Of a stretch of DNA of 64,000 nt, positions 13,975 to 27,205 are shown piece after piece (within the stretch, counting starts at the first letter, position 1; every line of letters begins with the position of its first letter). Source of the stretch: Octopus sinensis (lineage: Eukaryota); contig NC_042999.1 in the NCBI RefSeq assembly GCF_006345805.1, positions 16,182,001 to 16,246,000 on the forward strand, read 5' to 3'. A model generated the notes under the pieces. That model did no database searches. It saw nothing but the letters and a program-made list of their open reading frames with translations, and was not told the origin of the DNA. The translations under genes were made by a program, and so were the position numbers.

Positions 13975-14397
13975 ACTTTTACTTTACTTTTACTTTTACT
14001 TGTTTCAGTCATTTGACTGCGGCCATGCTGGAGCACCGCCTTTAGTCGAGCAAATCGACCCCGGGACTTATTCTTTGTAAGCCCAGTACTTATTCTATCG
14101 GTCTCTTTTTGCCGAACCGCTAAGTGACAAGGACGTAAACACACCAGCATTGGTTGTCAAGCAATGCTCGGGGGACAAACACAGACACACAAACACACTC
14201 ACATACACATATATATATATATATACATACATACAACAGGCTTCTTTCAGTTTCTGTCTACCAAATCCACTCACAAGGCTTTGGTCGGCCCGAGGCTATA
14301 GTAGAAGACATTTGCCCAAGATGCCACGCAGTGGGACTGAACCTGGAACCATGTAGTTCATAAGCAAGCTACTTACCACACAGCCACTCCTGCGACT
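13975..14397 (-). mobile_element. SINE family A, full length
   Basis: Head, internal TA/TG microsatellite, 3' body, (GTAAAA)n tail. Confidence 0.85.
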
Positions 14398-15019
14398 ACA
14401 TAATTTAATGTGTCATTTTAAAAAAAAAAAAATGATAGACTCCAACCAGAGGAAGATTTAACTGCTATTTCTTGCAGTTAGGAAGCCCTCATTGAAGTTC
14501 CTTTCCTGATTTACACCGACACAACTTACTGATTCTGTTGTTGTTTGTCAGTATTATCATAATTTATGCAAAGACAAAAACATTTCAGTTATGTTTGACT
14601 GTACTTACTCTCGTTCCTCTCACCTCCATGGAATATTGGGTGATGAGGATCTGCATCGCCTTACTATCTGCGTCGCCTTACTGGCATTTGTGCTGGTGAC
14701 ACGTGAAAAAACATTCGAGCGAGGTCATTACCAGTGCCGCTGGACTGGCTCCTGTGCAGGTGGCACATAGAAAGCACCATTTGAGCATGGCTGTTGCCAG
14801 TAACGTCTGACTGGCCCTCGTGCCAGTGTCACGTAAAACCACCCACTACACTCTTGGAGTGGTTGGCGTTAGGAAGGGCATCCAGCTGTAGAAACTCTAC
14901 CAGATCAAGATTGGAGCCTGGTGCAGCCATCTGGTTCGCCAAACCTCAGTCAAATTGTCCAACCCATGCCAGCATGGAAAGCGGACGTTAAACGATGATG
15001 ATGATGATGATGATGATGA

Positions 15020-15200
15020 TGAGAGACCTTCACAAAGCACAGTCATAACACTTGCCATGAACCTTCTTCCTGTCCAGATCTATGTCACTCAAGTTCTCCT
15101 CTTCAATCCTCAATAAGTTAACCTCACCTTCTATGTCTCCCAGGTCATGTGTAGCCCATGGCCGAGCATCTCCTATTATCCTATGGCAATAGTTTCCCAA
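15020..15200 (-). mobile_element. Degraded RTE-like LINE 3' end
   Basis: Minus strand gives fragments such as DLDRKKVHGKCYDCAL, resembling the RTE AxDRxxW...xLC terminus, next to a (GAT)n array. Confidence 0.4.
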
Positions 15201-15749
15201 AGCTTACTTAGACCATTATTGAAATCATTATTATTGCTACTAAGACAGTGAGCTGGCAGAATTGTTAGCACACCGGGCGAAATGCGTAGCCGTATTTCGT
15301 CTGCTCTTACGTTCTGAGTTCAAATTCCACCGAGGTCGACTTTGCCTTTCACCCTTTTGGGATCGATAAATTAAGTACCAGTTATGCACTGGGGTCGGTG
15401 TAATCGACTAAATCCGTTTGTCTGTCCTTGTTTGTCCCCTCTATGTTTAGCCCTTGTGGGCAATAAAGAAATAAGAATTGTTAGCACACTGGGAAAAATG
15501 CTTAATAGCATTTCATCCATCTTCAAGTTCTGAGTTCAAATACTGTTAACGTCGACTTTGCTTTAACTTCTTTTATAAAATAGCTGCAGCATGAAATTCT
15601 TTGTCTGGTCCTAAGGCAACACCCATGGAAAACTCACTTCCAATGTATTCCATTAATATAAATAGATTTCCTTGATATAAATTCTGGACGTTGCATCAAC
15701 TGCTTTTCTCTTTGACCAGAATTTGTTATTAGAATAATGATTGTGATTG

Positions 15750-15753
15750 TGGT

Positions 15754-15811
<58 letters not shown>

Positions 15812-15904
15812 ATATTAGTAGTGATGGTGGTGGTAGTAATAGCAACAAAAACAGCAGCTGTAGTGGTGGTGGTGGTGATGGTGGTTGTAGTAGTAGTAGT
15901 AGTA

Positions 15905-15949
<45 letters not shown>

Positions 15950-16256
15950 TGGTGGTCGTAATAGTATCAGAAACAGCAGCTGTAGTGGTCACAGTGGTGG
16001 TGGTGGAAGTGCCTAGTAGTAGTAGTAGTAGTAGTAGTAGTAGCAGACATTTTGTGAGCTCTAACCTTAATTATTCATAGCAGCGAGAAGAAAACACTAG
16101 CAGCTGGTTATTGTTAATAATATTATGTTTATCATCCGTGGTAATTATTATGATTAACGGCATTATAGTAAATGGTATAGTAATGGTTATTATCACAACA
16201 TATATAATTATCATCATCACCATCATCATCAATGTCATTATTGTCGTCATCATCAC

Positions 16257-16297
<41 letters not shown>

Positions 16298-16308
16298 CCA
16301 TCATCACC

Positions 16309-16367
<59 letters not shown>
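15750..16367. repeat. Compound (AGT)n/(GGT)n and (ATC)n microsatellites
   Basis: Direct reading. Confidence 0.85.
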
Positions 16368-16368
<1 letters not shown>

Positions 16369-16934
16369 GTTTTCAAACATCAGCTTTCCCATGCTTGGAT
16401 GCATCAGGCATGATTTGTTGTGTCAGATTTTTCTACGGCTGGATGCCTTTCCTGACGTCAACACTCACCTGTTTCCAAGCAAGGTGTGATATTTTCCCCA
16501 AGGCTGGACGTGTGTTTCACAGATGACTGGGAATGAATGGCACCTCTTGCATGACAGCTTGGCATAATGTCAGAACAAGGAAACACATACACACACACAC
16601 ACATGGACACACGGACACACATGGACACACACGGACACACACACACACATGCATATTTAATTCTATTTTTTTCTTTTTAGTTCTTTTATTCCTTTACATG
16701 TTTCAGTCATTTCACTGTGGCCATGCTGGAGCACAACCTTCAAGGGTTTTAGTCAAACAAATCGACCTCAGGATTTCTTTTTTAAAGCCTGGTATATATT
16801 CTCTTGCAAAGTCACAGGGATGTAAACACACCAACATCGGTTGTCAAGCAGTGATGGAGGATAAACACAGGCACAAAAACACACACAAATACACACACAC
16901 ACACATACATACATACATACATATATACATACTT

Positions 16935-16989
<55 letters not shown>

Positions 16990-17044
16990 GGAGTAAACAC
17001 ATAAATGTGAAACAAGGTTGAATTTTCTGCTGCTTTTAAATAAA

Positions 17045-17076
<32 letters not shown>

Positions 17077-17124
17077 CAAGTAAGTAACAAGGATGTCCAG
17101 GTATCAATGCATTACAGCCGTTTC

Positions 17125-17440
17125 AAACAAGGACACACACACAAGGACACGCACACACACAAGTACACACACATACACAAATACACACACACACACACAC
17201 AAGGACACACACATATACAAGAACACATACACACAAGGACACACGCATGCACAAGGACACACATACAAACAAGGACACACACATACGAGGACACACACAC
17301 ACACAAGGATACACACACACAAGGACACACACACACACACACACACATACACACACAAAGACACACCCACCCACACACCAAGACAAAAGCACACACATGC
17401 ACACAGACAAATGCGTACATGCACACCAACAAACACACAC
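17125..17440. repeat. CA-rich minisatellite (aaggacacacac variants)
   Basis: Direct reading. Confidence 0.85.
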
Positions 17441-17908
17441 ATGTTCTCCCATAGCAGCTTTCTTCCAGATTCCGTTGACCTAACCTACTCCCGATGCTCT
17501 CCTCAGGCTTGGGTTATAACAGAAAACACTTACCCAAAATGTCACACAGTGGGACCGAACCTGAAACCCTGTGGGTTAGGAAACAAATTCCTTAACCACA
17601 CAGCAATGCCTGCACCTTATTGCGAATATACATTAATCTAATATGTGAGCCTCATCTACGAAATCAAAATTGCAAAAGCAGATCCATTTTGTACAGTAAT
17701 GTTGATAATCACTGCACCATAGTAATTAAGGGTGATTACCACGATGTTATACTAATGATGATTATCAACATTATTTACTTTCCTTCTGGATAATGACAGT
17801 AATACACTTTTGTGCTAGATAATGACACTATCATGTATATTGGGTTTTGTGTCATGCTGAGGTGGTTATCTTGAAATTGCTGTATTTTAGTATTTTTCCA
17901 CAAATCTT

Positions 17909-17939
<31 letters not shown>

Positions 17940-18600
17940 TTATCATCATCATCATTATCATCCTCCTCATCATCATCGTCGTCATCATAATCATCATCAT
18001 CATTATCATCATCATCATCATCATCTTCGTCATCGTTGTCATCGTCGTTATCGTAGTCATCGTCGTCAACGTCGTCATCATCGTCATCGTCGTCGTCATC
18101 ATCATCATCATCGTTTAGTGTCTGTTTTCCATGCTAGCATGAGTTGGACGATTCGACCAGGGTCTGGGAAGCCAGGAGGCTGCACCAGACTCCAGTCTGA
18201 TTTTGCAGTGTTTCTACAGCTGGATGCCCTTCCAAATGCCAACCATTCTGTGAGTGCAGTGGGTGTTTTTCACATTTTTCGGGTACCATTTAAGCTAAAC
18301 TCTCAAATACTGAGGGTGCTGCTGTGAATGCAGAAGTCACCATCTCATCAGGCAGCAAAACAACTCTGTAGGGATGTCACCCCCTTGCACTACAACATCA
18401 GAGCTACCACCCACCGATGTAGGGAACAAAAATCCTCCCCAATAACATAAGTTTTGTTGAGCCTGATGCTGTGACACTCATCTTTCAACCTCAATGTTTC
18501 TTCTTGCAGTACCACTTATAATCTTTCTTGAACAACGTAATGGCTTGCTTTTTTTATTTTAAAAATGAATTGAAACGAAGACAGTGTATTTCAACTGAAG

Positions 18601-19021
18601 TATAGGTGCAGGAATGGCTGTGTGGTAAGTAGCTTGCTTACCAGCCACATGGTTCCAGGTTCAGTCCCACTGAATGGCACTTTGGGCAAGTGTCTTCTAC
18701 TATAGCCTCGGGCCGACCAAAGCCTTGTGAGTCGATTTGGTAAACAGAAACTGAAAGAAGCCCGTCGTATATATGTATATATATATATCTGTGTGTATAT
18801 GTTTGTGTGTCTGTGTTTGTCCCCACAACATCGCTTGACAACCAATGCTGGTGTGTTTACGTCCCAGTAACTTAGCAGTTTGGCAAAAGAGACTGATAGA
18901 ATAAGTACTAGGCTTACAAAGAATAAGTCCTGGAGTCGATTTGCTTGACTAAAGGTGATGCTCCAGCATGGCCACAGTCAAATGACTGAAACAAGTAAAA
19001 GAGTAAAAGAGTAAAAGAGTA
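18601..19021 (+). mobile_element. SINE family A, full length
   Basis: Same structure; (GTAAAAGA)n tail. Confidence 0.85.
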
Positions 19022-20656
19022 ACAAAAGAATTAATACAAACGTGAGTGTAACAGTATAAATGTAATTTAAACGACGACTGTGGCTCATTCAAAAAGCAAT
19101 AGTTTCGTGTTTAACAGGCTATGTCAGATCAAGTCACTTGCAAAGCATGGACAACCGTAAAATAAATGGCTGTTTCTCTACCTTAAGTGAAGTCAATATG
19201 AGCAATATAGATGCTGAAGAGAGAAGTGCTTCTAAGTATATGAGAAATCAGAGAATAAAAACAGTGTAAATCGAAGAAATTGAACTAAGATAATTCAGTT
19301 TCCATGTTTACAACCTTGCTTCTGTTTACAGCTGGGAAATTACAAGATGAAATTTAGGAATGTGTCAGTATTTAAGTACATGGAAGATGGTAATGGAGAA
19401 TCTAAGAAATGTAAAAATTTGTGGAGAATTCAAAGCAAGATTAAATGCTGTTGCCGTAAAAGAGAAAATATGATCTTGTTTTCATTGGGTATATTCTAAA
19501 TAAATGAATGGTTTGATCACTATCAGGAAATGTAAATAAATATATGTTTGTGCTGATAAAGGAGAGTTTATAAGGTTGCTCGATCTACTAGAAATAACAG
19601 CTAAATTTTCCTAAAGAATCACATTCTACCGTTCTATATTTAAGAGATGAGGAATTATGTACATTATTTACATTATTTGCATTATTTAAATTTGGTTGGC
19701 TGGCTTCCGTGCCGGTGGCACGTTAAAAGCTCCAACCGATCGTGGCCGATGCCGAACCCCCTGGCACCTGTGCAGGTGGCACGTAAAAAGCACCCACTAC
19801 ACTTGCGGAGTGGTTGGCATTAGGAAGGGCATCCAACTGTAGAAACTCTGCCAGATCAGACCGGAGCCTGGTACAGCCCCTGGCTTCCCAGACTCCGGTC
19901 GAACCATCCAACCCGTGCTAGCATGGAAAGCAGACGTTAAACGATGATGATGATGATGATGATGATGAAGATGGATATTTGTCCTTGTTTGTTGTTAACA
20001 ACAAACAAGATGAGGACAAATATCTGTCAAATGTAAATAATGTAAATAATGTTCATATTCTACCATTTGAAAATGAAAACTATAACATCCTCCTCATTAT
20101 CATCATCATTACTTATCATCTGTTTTTTATGCTGGCATGGGTTAGATGGTTCAACAGGAGCTGAGAAGCCAGGGAACTGCACCAGGCAATAAATTGCTTA
20201 TATTTCTAAAATACACAAAATATAAAAATTTTTTTTATGCAGTTCTATAGGCGGAGGAGTGGCTGTGTGATAATTAGCTTGCTTACGAACCACATGGTTC
20301 TGGGTTCAGTCCCACTGTGTGGCACTGTGGGCAAGTGTCTTGTACTATAGCCTTGGGCCGACCAAGGCCTTGTGAGTGGATTTAGTAGACAGAAACTGAA
20401 AGAAGCCCGTCATATATATATATATATATGTTTGTGTGTCTGTGTTTCTCCCCCCAACATCACTTGACAACTGATGCTGGTGTGTTTATGTCCCTGTAAC
20501 TTAGCAGTTTAGTAAAACAGACCGATAGAATAAGTACTAGGCTTACAAAGAATATGTCCTGGATCTATATTTAAGGGACGAGGAATTATGTACATTATTT
20601 ACATTACTTACCTTATTTACATTTGACGGATATTTGTCCTCATCTTGTTTGTTGTT

Positions 20657-20702
20657 AACACAATATTTTGGCTGATGTACTCTCCAGCCTTCATCAGGTG
20701 TC
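20657..20702 (-). ncRNA. Decayed type I hammerhead motif in a Penelope-like fragment (20565-20748)
   Basis: Minus strand gacac-CTGATGA-A-GGCTG(n10)CAGCC-AAAAT-ATT-gtgtt; consistent with CpG decay of CCGAAACGTT. Confidence 0.55.
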
Positions 20703-20774
20703 TTGGGGAAATTTCAAACCTGGGTTCTCATTCCTAAGGTATTTTTCGTTATTATTATTATTATTATTATTATT

Positions 20775-21213
20775 CTATGTTTGACTTTTGCTTTATGTCT
20801 GTACAAGTTGGCTCCAAGTCTCACCCAGAGACCTCAAGAGACAACAGGTTGGAAGTTCTGTGCCATATATTTGGATTTTTTTTTGTTTTTTTTTTTTGGT
20901 GTTGTACTAGTGAATGTCTAATACATAAAAATAAAAAATAAAAAAATAAATAAATAAATAAATAAATAAAAATAAATAAAAAAAAAGTTTGTTTTAAACC
21001 TTGGGATTACATAGAGAGTATTTTGCGTAGGATATGAGCAGTTCCCATGAGCACTATCTTTTGAATTTCTGCCATTTTGGGGTTTCCTGGTATCTGAGTT
21101 AGGTAGCAATCAGTCCCTTTCGCTATCATTCCCAGGGCACCTATGACAACAGGTATTGTTTTAGTCTTCAGCTTCCACATTTTGCTGATTTCTATTTCAA
21201 GATCTTTATATTT
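20775..21213 (-). mobile_element. R4/Dong 3'-end fragment (lineage A)
   Basis: KYKDLEIEISKMWKLKTKTIPVVIGALGMIAKG...LMGTAHILRKILSM*, 3' UTR, (ATT)n on both sides. Confidence 0.9.
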
Positions 21214-21841
21214 TATTATTATTATTATCATTATTATTATTATTATTATTATTATCATGAAAATTAAAAGAAGAATTCCATTGTATTCTCCTTCATAATT
21301 TTTAGCTTTGCCCCTGAATAAGTTGCACTCCACATTTTTCAGTTAAAATGAAGTATAGAATAGTACAATTTACACACAAACAGGTGTGACTGCATGGCAA
21401 GAAAGTTGCTCCCCAACCACATAGTTTCAGGTTCAGTCCCACAGCGTGGCACCTTGGGTAAATGTCTTCAACAAAAGCCTTGAGCCAATCAAAGTTTTGT
21501 GAGTGATTTTGGTAGATGGAAACTGAAAGAAGCCTATCACGTTTTTTTTGTATGTATATGTGTTTGTATGTACACATGTGTGTGTTTGTGTCAATTTGTG
21601 TCTTTGTGTCTGTGTATGTTCCCCACCACTACTTGATAACCTGTGTTGGTATGTTTACATTCTCATAACTTAGCAGTTCAGCAAAAGACACCAATAGAAT
21701 AAGAATCAGGCTTTAAAAAGTGTATTGGGGTTGATTTGGTTGACTAAAATTCCTCAAGGTGGTACCCCAGCATGGCCACAGTCTAATGACTGAAACAAGT
21801 AAAAGAATAAAAGAAATTAAAGCAAATATTTTAGGTATGAT

Positions 21842-22044
21842 TACTCTTTTACTTGTTTCAGTCATTTGACTGCGGCCATGCTGGAGCACCACCTTGAGTC
21901 GAGCAAATCGACCCCGGGACTTATTCTTTGTAAGCCTAGTACTTATTTTATCGGTCTCTTTTGCCGAACCACTAAGTGACGGGGACATAAACACACCAGC
22001 ATCGGTTGTCAAGCAATGCTAGGGGGACAATCACAGACACACAA

Positions 22045-22115
<71 letters not shown>

Positions 22116-22287
22116 TATATATGACGGGCTTCTTTCAGTTTCTGTCTACCAAATTCAATCACAAGGCTTTGGTCGGCCCGAGACTATAGTAAAAAACACT
22201 TGCCCATGGTGCCACGCAGTGGGACTGAACCCAGAACCATGTGGTTGGTAAGCAAGCTACTTACCACACAGCCACTTCTGCACCTAT
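21842..22287 (-). mobile_element. SINE family A, full length
   Basis: Same structure with internal (CA)n. Confidence 0.85.
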
Positions 22288-22600
22288 GATTCAAAATATT
22301 TGGCTGCTATTTCTTGTAAGGTGGATAATGACATTACCTACTTTATGTAAAATAGAAATTAATGTATATTCTGATTTATGGTCGGCCCGAGGCTATAGTA
22401 GAAGACACTTGCCCAAGGTTCCACACAGTGGGACTGAACCCAGAACCATGTGGTTGGTAAGCAAGCTACTTACCACACAGCCACTCCTGCACCTATGATT
22501 CAAAATATTTGGCTGCTATTTCTTGTAAGGTGGATAGAGGCTCTGCTAACGACATTACCTACTTTATGTAAAACATAAATTACTGTATATTATGATTTAT
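22171..22600 (+). repeat. ~210-bp local tandem duplication of a SINE head and its flank
   Basis: gtcggcccgag...cacctatgattcaaaatatttggctgctatttcttgtaaggtggata occurs twice. Confidence 0.8.
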
Positions 22601-23018
22601 GATTGTGAATACAGATGCTACAAGTGGGTAATCAACAACACAAAGAGGGAGAAAATAGGATTGATTCAAGAGAAATTTGGCTGCTATTTCTAGCAATCTA
22701 AGCTACCTTATAGTGGTTCCTATATTGACTTGTGTGGCTTATGTTATCTACTTTATATAAAATGTTAAATTAGTGTGTATTTTGATTGTTGATTGGAGAT
22801 ACGGATGTTGCAGGTTGACAATCAACCATATGGACAGATGATAAAGAAATCAATGAACTAAATAAGATATGGCACAATCATATAAAGAGACAGATGAATA
22901 GCATTTGGAAGAAATATTATAGATATGTTAGATGCATTAGATAATTATTTAATAAATTTAAAAGCCAAAAGCATAAATTGACATGGTGCAATGCCCAAGC
23001 TGTGCTGTTCCTGTATTA

Positions 23019-23062
<44 letters not shown>

Positions 23063-24164
23063 GTGTGTGTAATATTTTCATATGGAAGTTTAAATAAACA
23101 AATATTTATAGAAGTGAAAATAAGGAAATCAATGACAATATCTAAAGTAATCCAGTATCAGAAAGTTACGGAAATATATGTTATGAATACTGTAAGATAA
23201 ATGACTTCTGCAATTAGGAAGCTAGCATATAGGCACTGGCGTGGCTGTGTGGTTAAGAAGCTTGCTTTCCAACCACTTGGTTCCAGGTTCAATCCTGCTG
23301 CATAGCACCTTGGCCAAATGTCTTGTACTAAAGCCCCGGATTGACCCATGCCTTGCAAGTGGATTTGGTTGATAGAAACTGAAAAGCCCACTGTATACAT
23401 GTGTGTGTCTTTACTACCCACAAGGGGCTAAACACAGAGGAGACAAACAAGGACAGAGAGATGGATTAAGTCGATTATATCGAACCCAGTACGTAACTGG
23501 TACTTAATTTATTGACCCCGAAAGAATGAAAGGCAAAGTCGACCTTGGCGGAATTTGAACTCAGAACGTAACGGCAGACGAAATACGGCTACACATTTCG
23601 CCCGGCATGCTAACATTTCTGCCAGATTACCATCGTTTAACAACTGATGTTGGTGTGTTTACATCCCTGTTTCATAGCGATTCAGCAAAGGAGACAGATA
23701 GAATAAATACCAGACTTGAAAACAAAAACAAAAAATAAGTACCAGGGTCAATTCAGTCGACTCAAAGTTCTTCAAGGCATGGTGCTCCAGCATGGCCACA
23801 GCCTAATGACTGAAACAAGTAAAAGATAAAAGACAAAAATACAGAAGTGGATTCCCCATGATAGCTTGACCTGCTAGAAATAGTAGTCAAACCTCCTTCA
23901 AATGTCACCCTACTGCAATGGCTTTAAAACTGTATTGTGTGAAAAGGGATATTTTGAAATAAGGATTTAGATAATCCATACTAATGCTGTAAAAAGTGTT
24001 ATAATATTGCTATACAATCCTTTCATCCTTTCGGGGTCGATAAATTAAGTACCAGTCGCATACTGTGGTCGATCTAATCAACTGGTCCCCTCCTACAAAA
24101 TTTCAGGACTTGTGCCTATAGTAGAAAGGATTATTATCATTATTATTAATTGTTATTGTTATTA

Positions 24165-24210
<46 letters not shown>

Positions 24211-24441
24211 GGTGGTGAGCTGACAGAATCGTTAGCATGCAGGGCGAAATGCTTAGTGGCATTTCGTTTGTCGTTGCATTCTGAGTTCAAATTCCACCAA
24301 GGTCAATTTTGCCTTTCATCCTTTTGGGGGTCAATAAAATAAGTATGTGATGAGCACTGGGGTCAATGCAATCGACTTACTCCCTTCCCTAAAACTCCCG
24401 ATCTTGTGCCTATAGTAGAAAGTATTATTATTATTATTATT

Positions 24442-24763
24442 CAGTAGTTTTATTTTTATAGCGTGCTTTCACTTCACTACTGTGCGCAGCTCTGTGTGCC
24501 TTGGGTATGTACTGTGATTTGTTGTGATGCTCTGATGGTTATTGTATGGAAAGTGTTCTGCGTAGGATGTGTGCAGTGCCTAGTAGTGCAATTTTCTGTA
24601 TGTTATATGTGTTTGTTACTCCTGGTGTTTTTGCTATGTATTTATCTGAATATTTTTTTATCATGCCTAATGCACCTACTATGATAGGAATTGTGTCTGT
24701 TTTTAGATTCCACATTCTGGTTACCTCTATTTCCAGGCCTTTGTATTTTGAAAGTTTCTCCAT
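24442..24763 (-). mobile_element. R4/Dong 3'-end fragment (lineage B)
   Basis: EKLSKYKGLEIEVTRMWNLKTDTIPIIVGALGMIKK...LLGTAHILRRTLSIQ*; 3' flank (TAA)n, 5' flank (GAA)n/(GAG)n. Confidence 0.9.
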
Positions 24764-24840
24764 TTCTTCTTCTTCTTCTTCTTCTTCTTCTCCTCCTCCT
24801 CCTCCTCCTCCTCCTTCTTCTTCTTCTTCTTCTTCTTCTT

Positions 24841-24871
<31 letters not shown>

Positions 24872-24951
24872 TTATTATTATTATTATTATTATCATTATT
24901 ATTATTATTATTATTATCATTATTATTATTATTATTAATATTATTATCATT
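24764..24951. repeat. (CTT)n/(CCT)n then (ATT)n between two Dong copies
   Basis: Direct reading. Confidence 0.9.
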
Positions 24952-26980
24952 GTCATTTACTTTTAATCTGCATGTTTGATGCAATCACCTGCCAGGGCAC
25001 ACCCAGCGCCCTAGGGCAAGTGAAGGTTAAGAGTTGTTGAAATATAGCTGAAAGCTTGGGGAGGGGAAGTAGAGAAATATCTCCATGTAATACAAACACA
25101 AACATTTACATTGATAGGGTTTTTCTAAGGATGTGGGCAGTACTTCTAAGCACAATCTTTTGGATTTCCTTGAGACATGGTTTTCCAGGGATATTGTCTA
25201 GGTGTTTCTGACATCCCTTTTTTATCATACCTAGGGCACCCACAATAACAGGAACAGTTTTTGTTTTAAGATTCCACATCCTCTGTATTTCGATTTCCAG
25301 GTCCTTATATTTACTAAGTTTGTCAAATTCCTTGACAGATACATTTTTATCAGTGGGGACGCTTACTTCTATTAGTCTGCAGGTATTTTCTTCCCTGTCT
25401 TTAACAATTATGTCTGGTCGATTAGCCTTGATCGTTCTGTCAGTGTTGACTGGAAAATCCCAGAGGATGGTGACATTTTTACCTTCAACAACTGGCTGGG
25501 GATGGTGTTCATACCAGTTAGCAGGAGTGTCGGATTTGTAGTGTTTACATATCTTCCAATGTATATACTGTCCTACCCTATCGTGGCGATTTTTGTATTC
25601 GTTTGGTGTCAGCACAGGACATCCCGAAACGAGATGGTCTATTGTTTCGTCAAATGTGTCACAGAATCTGCATTTAGGGTCAGTACCGTTTCGGAGAACG
25701 TTAGCCTGGTAATTTCTGGTAAACAAGCTTTGATCTTGTGCTGCCATTATGAAGCCTTCAGTCTCTGCTTTCAATCCAGAACTCTTCAGCCACTGATGGG
25801 TTGTTGCTTGGTCTACATCAGCATTTTGGCTTCGGAGAATGTATTGTCCATGCAGGGGCTTCTGGCTCCACCCCCTCTCAATTTGATTCTGCCCATTTTT
25901 TTTTGCAGTCTGCCTGATTCGCTTTGCTTGCTTGGTAGTCAGTGGTTTCTGGCTCTTCACCTGATTCAAGGTTAATGCCTAGTTCCCTTTCGAACTTATA
26001 AGCTTCCTTGACAATAGAATGCAGCTTTTTGCTGCTTTCGTGTTCACACACAAGTCGCAGCATCCAGTCTTTTGTACTAGATAGGTACCTGTTCATTCCT
26101 ACAGTAGAGGTCTTATAGCACAGCTCCAATTGCATCATTCCTCTCCCCCCGCTGCTTCTAGATAGGTACAAGCGGTCTACATCTGCCTTAGGGTGGTGCA
26201 TGCTCCTGGATGTCAGTAACTTTCTTGTCTTCCTGTCCAAGCGTTGGAGTTCCGTAAGGTTCCAGTTAATGATGTTAAAACTGTACTGGACTACTGGAAG
26301 TGCCAGGGTGTTAATGGCCTCAATGCAATTTTTGGAGTTGAGTTCAGTCTTCAGTACAAGCCTTATTCTCCTATAGTACTCCTTTCTTATTTTTTCCTTC
26401 ATAGTAGCATGATGTATACCATCTCCTTCGTTGATTCCTAGGTATTTGTAACTTTCTTGTGGGTCAAGTTCCTTGATGGTAGTGTCAATATCTAATTTAA
26501 CAGAAGCTGTTTGCCTGAGCTTGCCTCTTACAAAAGTTGCTTTAGCACACTTATCAAGGCCAAAATCCATTCCGATATCATTGCTAAACTCTTTAACAGT
26601 TGTTAGCAGCCCTTCTAGCTCTTGGTCATTCTTGGCAAACAGCTTTAGATCGTCCATATAAAAAGGTGGTTTATTAACTTGCTAAAAACTTTGTAGCCAT
26701 ATCTGGCACTATCCAATTCGTTTGAGAGTGGGATCAGTGCCATGCAAAAAAGTAATGGAGAGAGGGAGTCACCTTGAAAGATGCCTCGTTTGATGTTGAT
26801 GCTGTTGTACTGGCTCATCCCATTACTATGGCTTAGAAAGAGATGTGTGTTCCACATGGTCATGCTATTCTCTAAGAATTTTGAGACGACAGGGGAGATC
26901 TTGTATATCTCAAGGGCCTTGAGTATCCATTTATGTGGGACACTGTCATACGCTTTCCTGTAGTCTATCCATGCCATACT
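24952..26980 (-). mobile_element. R4/Dong-clade non-LTR retrotransposon (restriction-like endonuclease type), 5'-truncated, inserted in (TAA)n
   Basis: RT motifs AWIDYRKAYDSVPH, RGIFQGDSLSPLLF, HLF(Y)MDDLKLF, FGLDKC, YKYLG; CCHC finger CRFCDTFDETIDHLVSGC; RHD; RLE NRPD...KLSKY; short 3' UTR; (ATT)n arrays on both sides. Confidence 0.93.
25106..26980 (-). pseudogene. RT-CCHC-RLE polyprotein, C-terminal ~620 aa, split by two frameshifts (~26657 and ~25945)
   Basis: Three overlapping ORFs (26645-27055, 25878-26657, 25106-25969) join into one R4/Dong protein; the first frameshift is a missing T in a homopolymer at HLFYMDD. Confidence 0.9.
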
Positions 26981-26981
26981 C

Positions 26982-27095
26982 ATTATTATTATTATTATTA
27001 TTATTATCATTATTATTATTATTATTATTATCATTATTATTATTAATATTATCATTATATATTATTATTATTATTAATAATTATTATTATTATTA

Positions 27096-27139
<44 letters not shown>

Positions 27140-27205
27140 TATTATCTTATTATTATTATTATTATTATTATATTATTATCATTATTATTATTATTATTAT
27201 TATTA
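26982..27205. repeat. (ATT)n
   Basis: Direct reading. Confidence 0.9.

Noticed and set aside
19331-19498. Possible exon after ctgtttacag (LGNYKMKFRNV...)
   Set aside because: Short, no recognised homology, no partner exons
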